Assembly (NCBI GenBank): GCA_963758525.1
Contig: CAVWVQ010000002.1
Span: 384,001 to 448,000, forward strand
Source of the DNA: an uncultured Phycisphaerales bacterium
Lineage (GTDB): Bacteria; Planctomycetota; Phycisphaerae; Tepidisphaerales; Tepidisphaeraceae
Direction of reading: 5' to 3'
DNA length: 64,000 nt
Shown: positions 62,632 through 64,000 of the stretch, piece after piece
Position numbering within the stretch: position 1 is the stretch's first letter
How the letters are laid out: the number at the start of each line of letters is the position of its first letter
The notes under the pieces: generated by a model
What the model was told of the DNA's origin: nothing
Databases searched by the model: none
Seen by the model: only the letters and a program-made list of their open reading frames with translations
Made by a program: the position numbers and the translations under genes

Positions 62632-63741
62632 ATGATACCACGTTACGTCATTTCGTTTCTCTGCACGCTGCTGGTTTTTTCCGCCATCGGCAGCACGCTC
62701 CGTTTCGCCACGCGCTCGCAGGTGCGGGCCGGGACGTCGATGCGGGAGACTTGGCAGGCCGACTTCACGCTGGATACCTACGCCGGAAGCGATCGGTTCT
62801 ACCGTGTCGATGACGATATCAAGACTGCTCTGGAGAACGGCATTACCTTCGCAGGTTCCGGGCCGATATGCATCGTCTCGACCAAAGTCCAAATTACGCC
62901 AAGAGATGTCACGTGGGAGGAAAACAAGACGCACTGCACCGCAACCGGCGCGGGCATGATCGCGCACGTGACCTGGGAGACGCGCGCCGATGCACCCGAC
63001 GGCGCCGGCGGCTCGATTCATATCGAGTTTCCCAGAATTCGCGGTCTGAAAGGCTACATCCCCGACTTCCGAAACGGCAGCTTCCAGAAGACCCCTTCCG
63101 GCCAATGGGTCTTCCGCGAAATCACCGCATATCGCACCTCAGCATCGCTGGCACTGGGGCGACTTGGGCTGGCGGTCGCCGCGGCGCTGCCGCTGACCAT
63201 CGTCTTCGAAGCCGCCCGCTCGCTCATCGTGTTGAACTGGCGCAAGCGTGGGCGCCTTAAATCACTGGCTTCCCATGCGTCGTCGGAACTGCCCCGCATC
63301 TTCCTGCCCAGTCCCGTCGCCGAATGGAACAGTTGGAACCTGACGCTCCTGATCTTCGGCTTTGTAGGCTGTATCCTCGCGGGCATGAGCGTTTCCGAAG
63401 GCTTCATGAGCACGAGATTCTGGTGGGCGATTGTCATCATGCAATTCTGCGGGGTGCTGATTGCGCTGCTCGTGACGTACTGCGCCCGGATTGCTGGGGT
63501 GAGTGTGCGCGTGGACGACGACACCATCTCTCATGCCAAAGGCCGCGGCGAGCCGCGTTGGGTGACGGCCCGATGGGCCGACCTGCGCGGCATCGTAAAA
63601 AAGTCGCAAACCTACCGCGGCTCCCGCAGAGAGTGGCTGGAAGTGGAATTCCCCGATGGCAAAAAACGAGTCATCCGCGACGCCAAGGCTCGCGAAGCCG
63701 TGCTCAGCTTGTATGCACAGTTCCACCGGCCGGCAAATTGA
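62632..63741 (+). CDS. Hypothetical multi-pass membrane protein with a possible PH-like C-terminus
   Basis: Signal/TM segment, a soluble domain, three TM helices, and a C-terminal W.DL.GI beta region. Confidence 0.65.
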   Translation: MIPRYVISFLCTLLVFSAIGSTLRFATRSQVRAGTSMRETWQADFTLDTYAGSDRFYRVDDDIKTALENGITFAGSGPICIVSTKVQITPRDVTWEENKTHCTATGAGMIAHVTWETRADAPDGAGGSIHIEFPRIRGLKGYIPDFRNGSFQKTPSGQWVFREITAYRTSASLALGRLGLAVAAALPLTIVFEAARSLIVLNWRKRGRLKSLASHASSELPRIFLPSPVAEWNSWNLTLLIFGFVGCILAGMSVSEGFMSTRFWWAIVIMQFCGVLIALLVTYCARIAGVSVRVDDDTISHAKGRGEPRWVTARWADLRGIVKKSQTYRGSRREWLEVEFPDGKKRVIRDAKAREAVLSLYAQFHRPAN

Positions 63742-63773
63742 TCCCAAGCCGACGGGTAGTGGCTAAATCTCCC

Positions 63774-63965
63774 TCAATGCATAAAGAGTCGATGCATGCC
63801 CCACAGAATCAACAACACCAGCACGATCAACGCGAAAATACTCCAGGGGAGTGTCACCAACCCCAGACATCCCAGTGACGTCGCCCCAGCGACGGCGCCC
63901 GCCTTGGCGGCATCCTCCGTCGTGGATTCGGACTTCTGCTCCGGCTTGTCTGATTCTTCCGCCAT
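63774..63965 (-). CDS. Small membrane protein
   Basis: GGAG RBS, acidic N-terminus MAEESDK, then GCLG and a TM helix. Confidence 0.6.
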   Translation of the reverse strand: MAEESDKPEQKSESTTEDAAKAGAVAGATSLGCLGLVTLPWSIFALIVLVLLILWGMHRLFMH

Positions 63966-64000
63966 CGGCTCTCCCGTAGGTGCCATACTCTCATCGCCGG

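Overview
This is a 64-kb, high-GC chromosomal window from a planctomycete, most likely class Phycisphaerae (inferred from four E-x-L-E-x-R-x-L/F 'LEPR-XLL'-type secreted proteins, CxxCG zinc-ribbon membrane proteins, BatA-type and STAS/RsbW genes). It holds core genes (leuA, pyk, obgE, rpmA, dnaA, dnaG, rpoD, xdhCAB), a small sugar oxidoreductase cluster, large secreted proteins and several small TA- or nuclease-like passenger genes. No rRNA, tRNA, CRISPR array, integrase or transposase was seen. The best leads are: (1) a translationally coupled operon of an anti-sigma-like/TM/dockerin protein, a cohesin-like secreted protein and a VIT-vWA lipoprotein, a candidate non-cellulosomal dockerin signalling system; (2) a complete Leu leader-peptide attenuator in front of leuA; (3) a structured, RBS-sequestering leader in front of xdhA, a riboswitch candidate; (4) a conserved C-terminal domain ending in D-x-R-F shared by two otherwise different LEPR-XLL proteins; (5) a tandem DUF4365-like nuclease pair; (6) three REP families, one apparently inserted in frame in an aldo-keto reductase; and (7) telomere-like (TTCAGGG)n arrays. 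About nine genes, including rpoD, carry 1-2 nt indels in GC repeats or homopolymers, so the assembly probably contains long-read errors.
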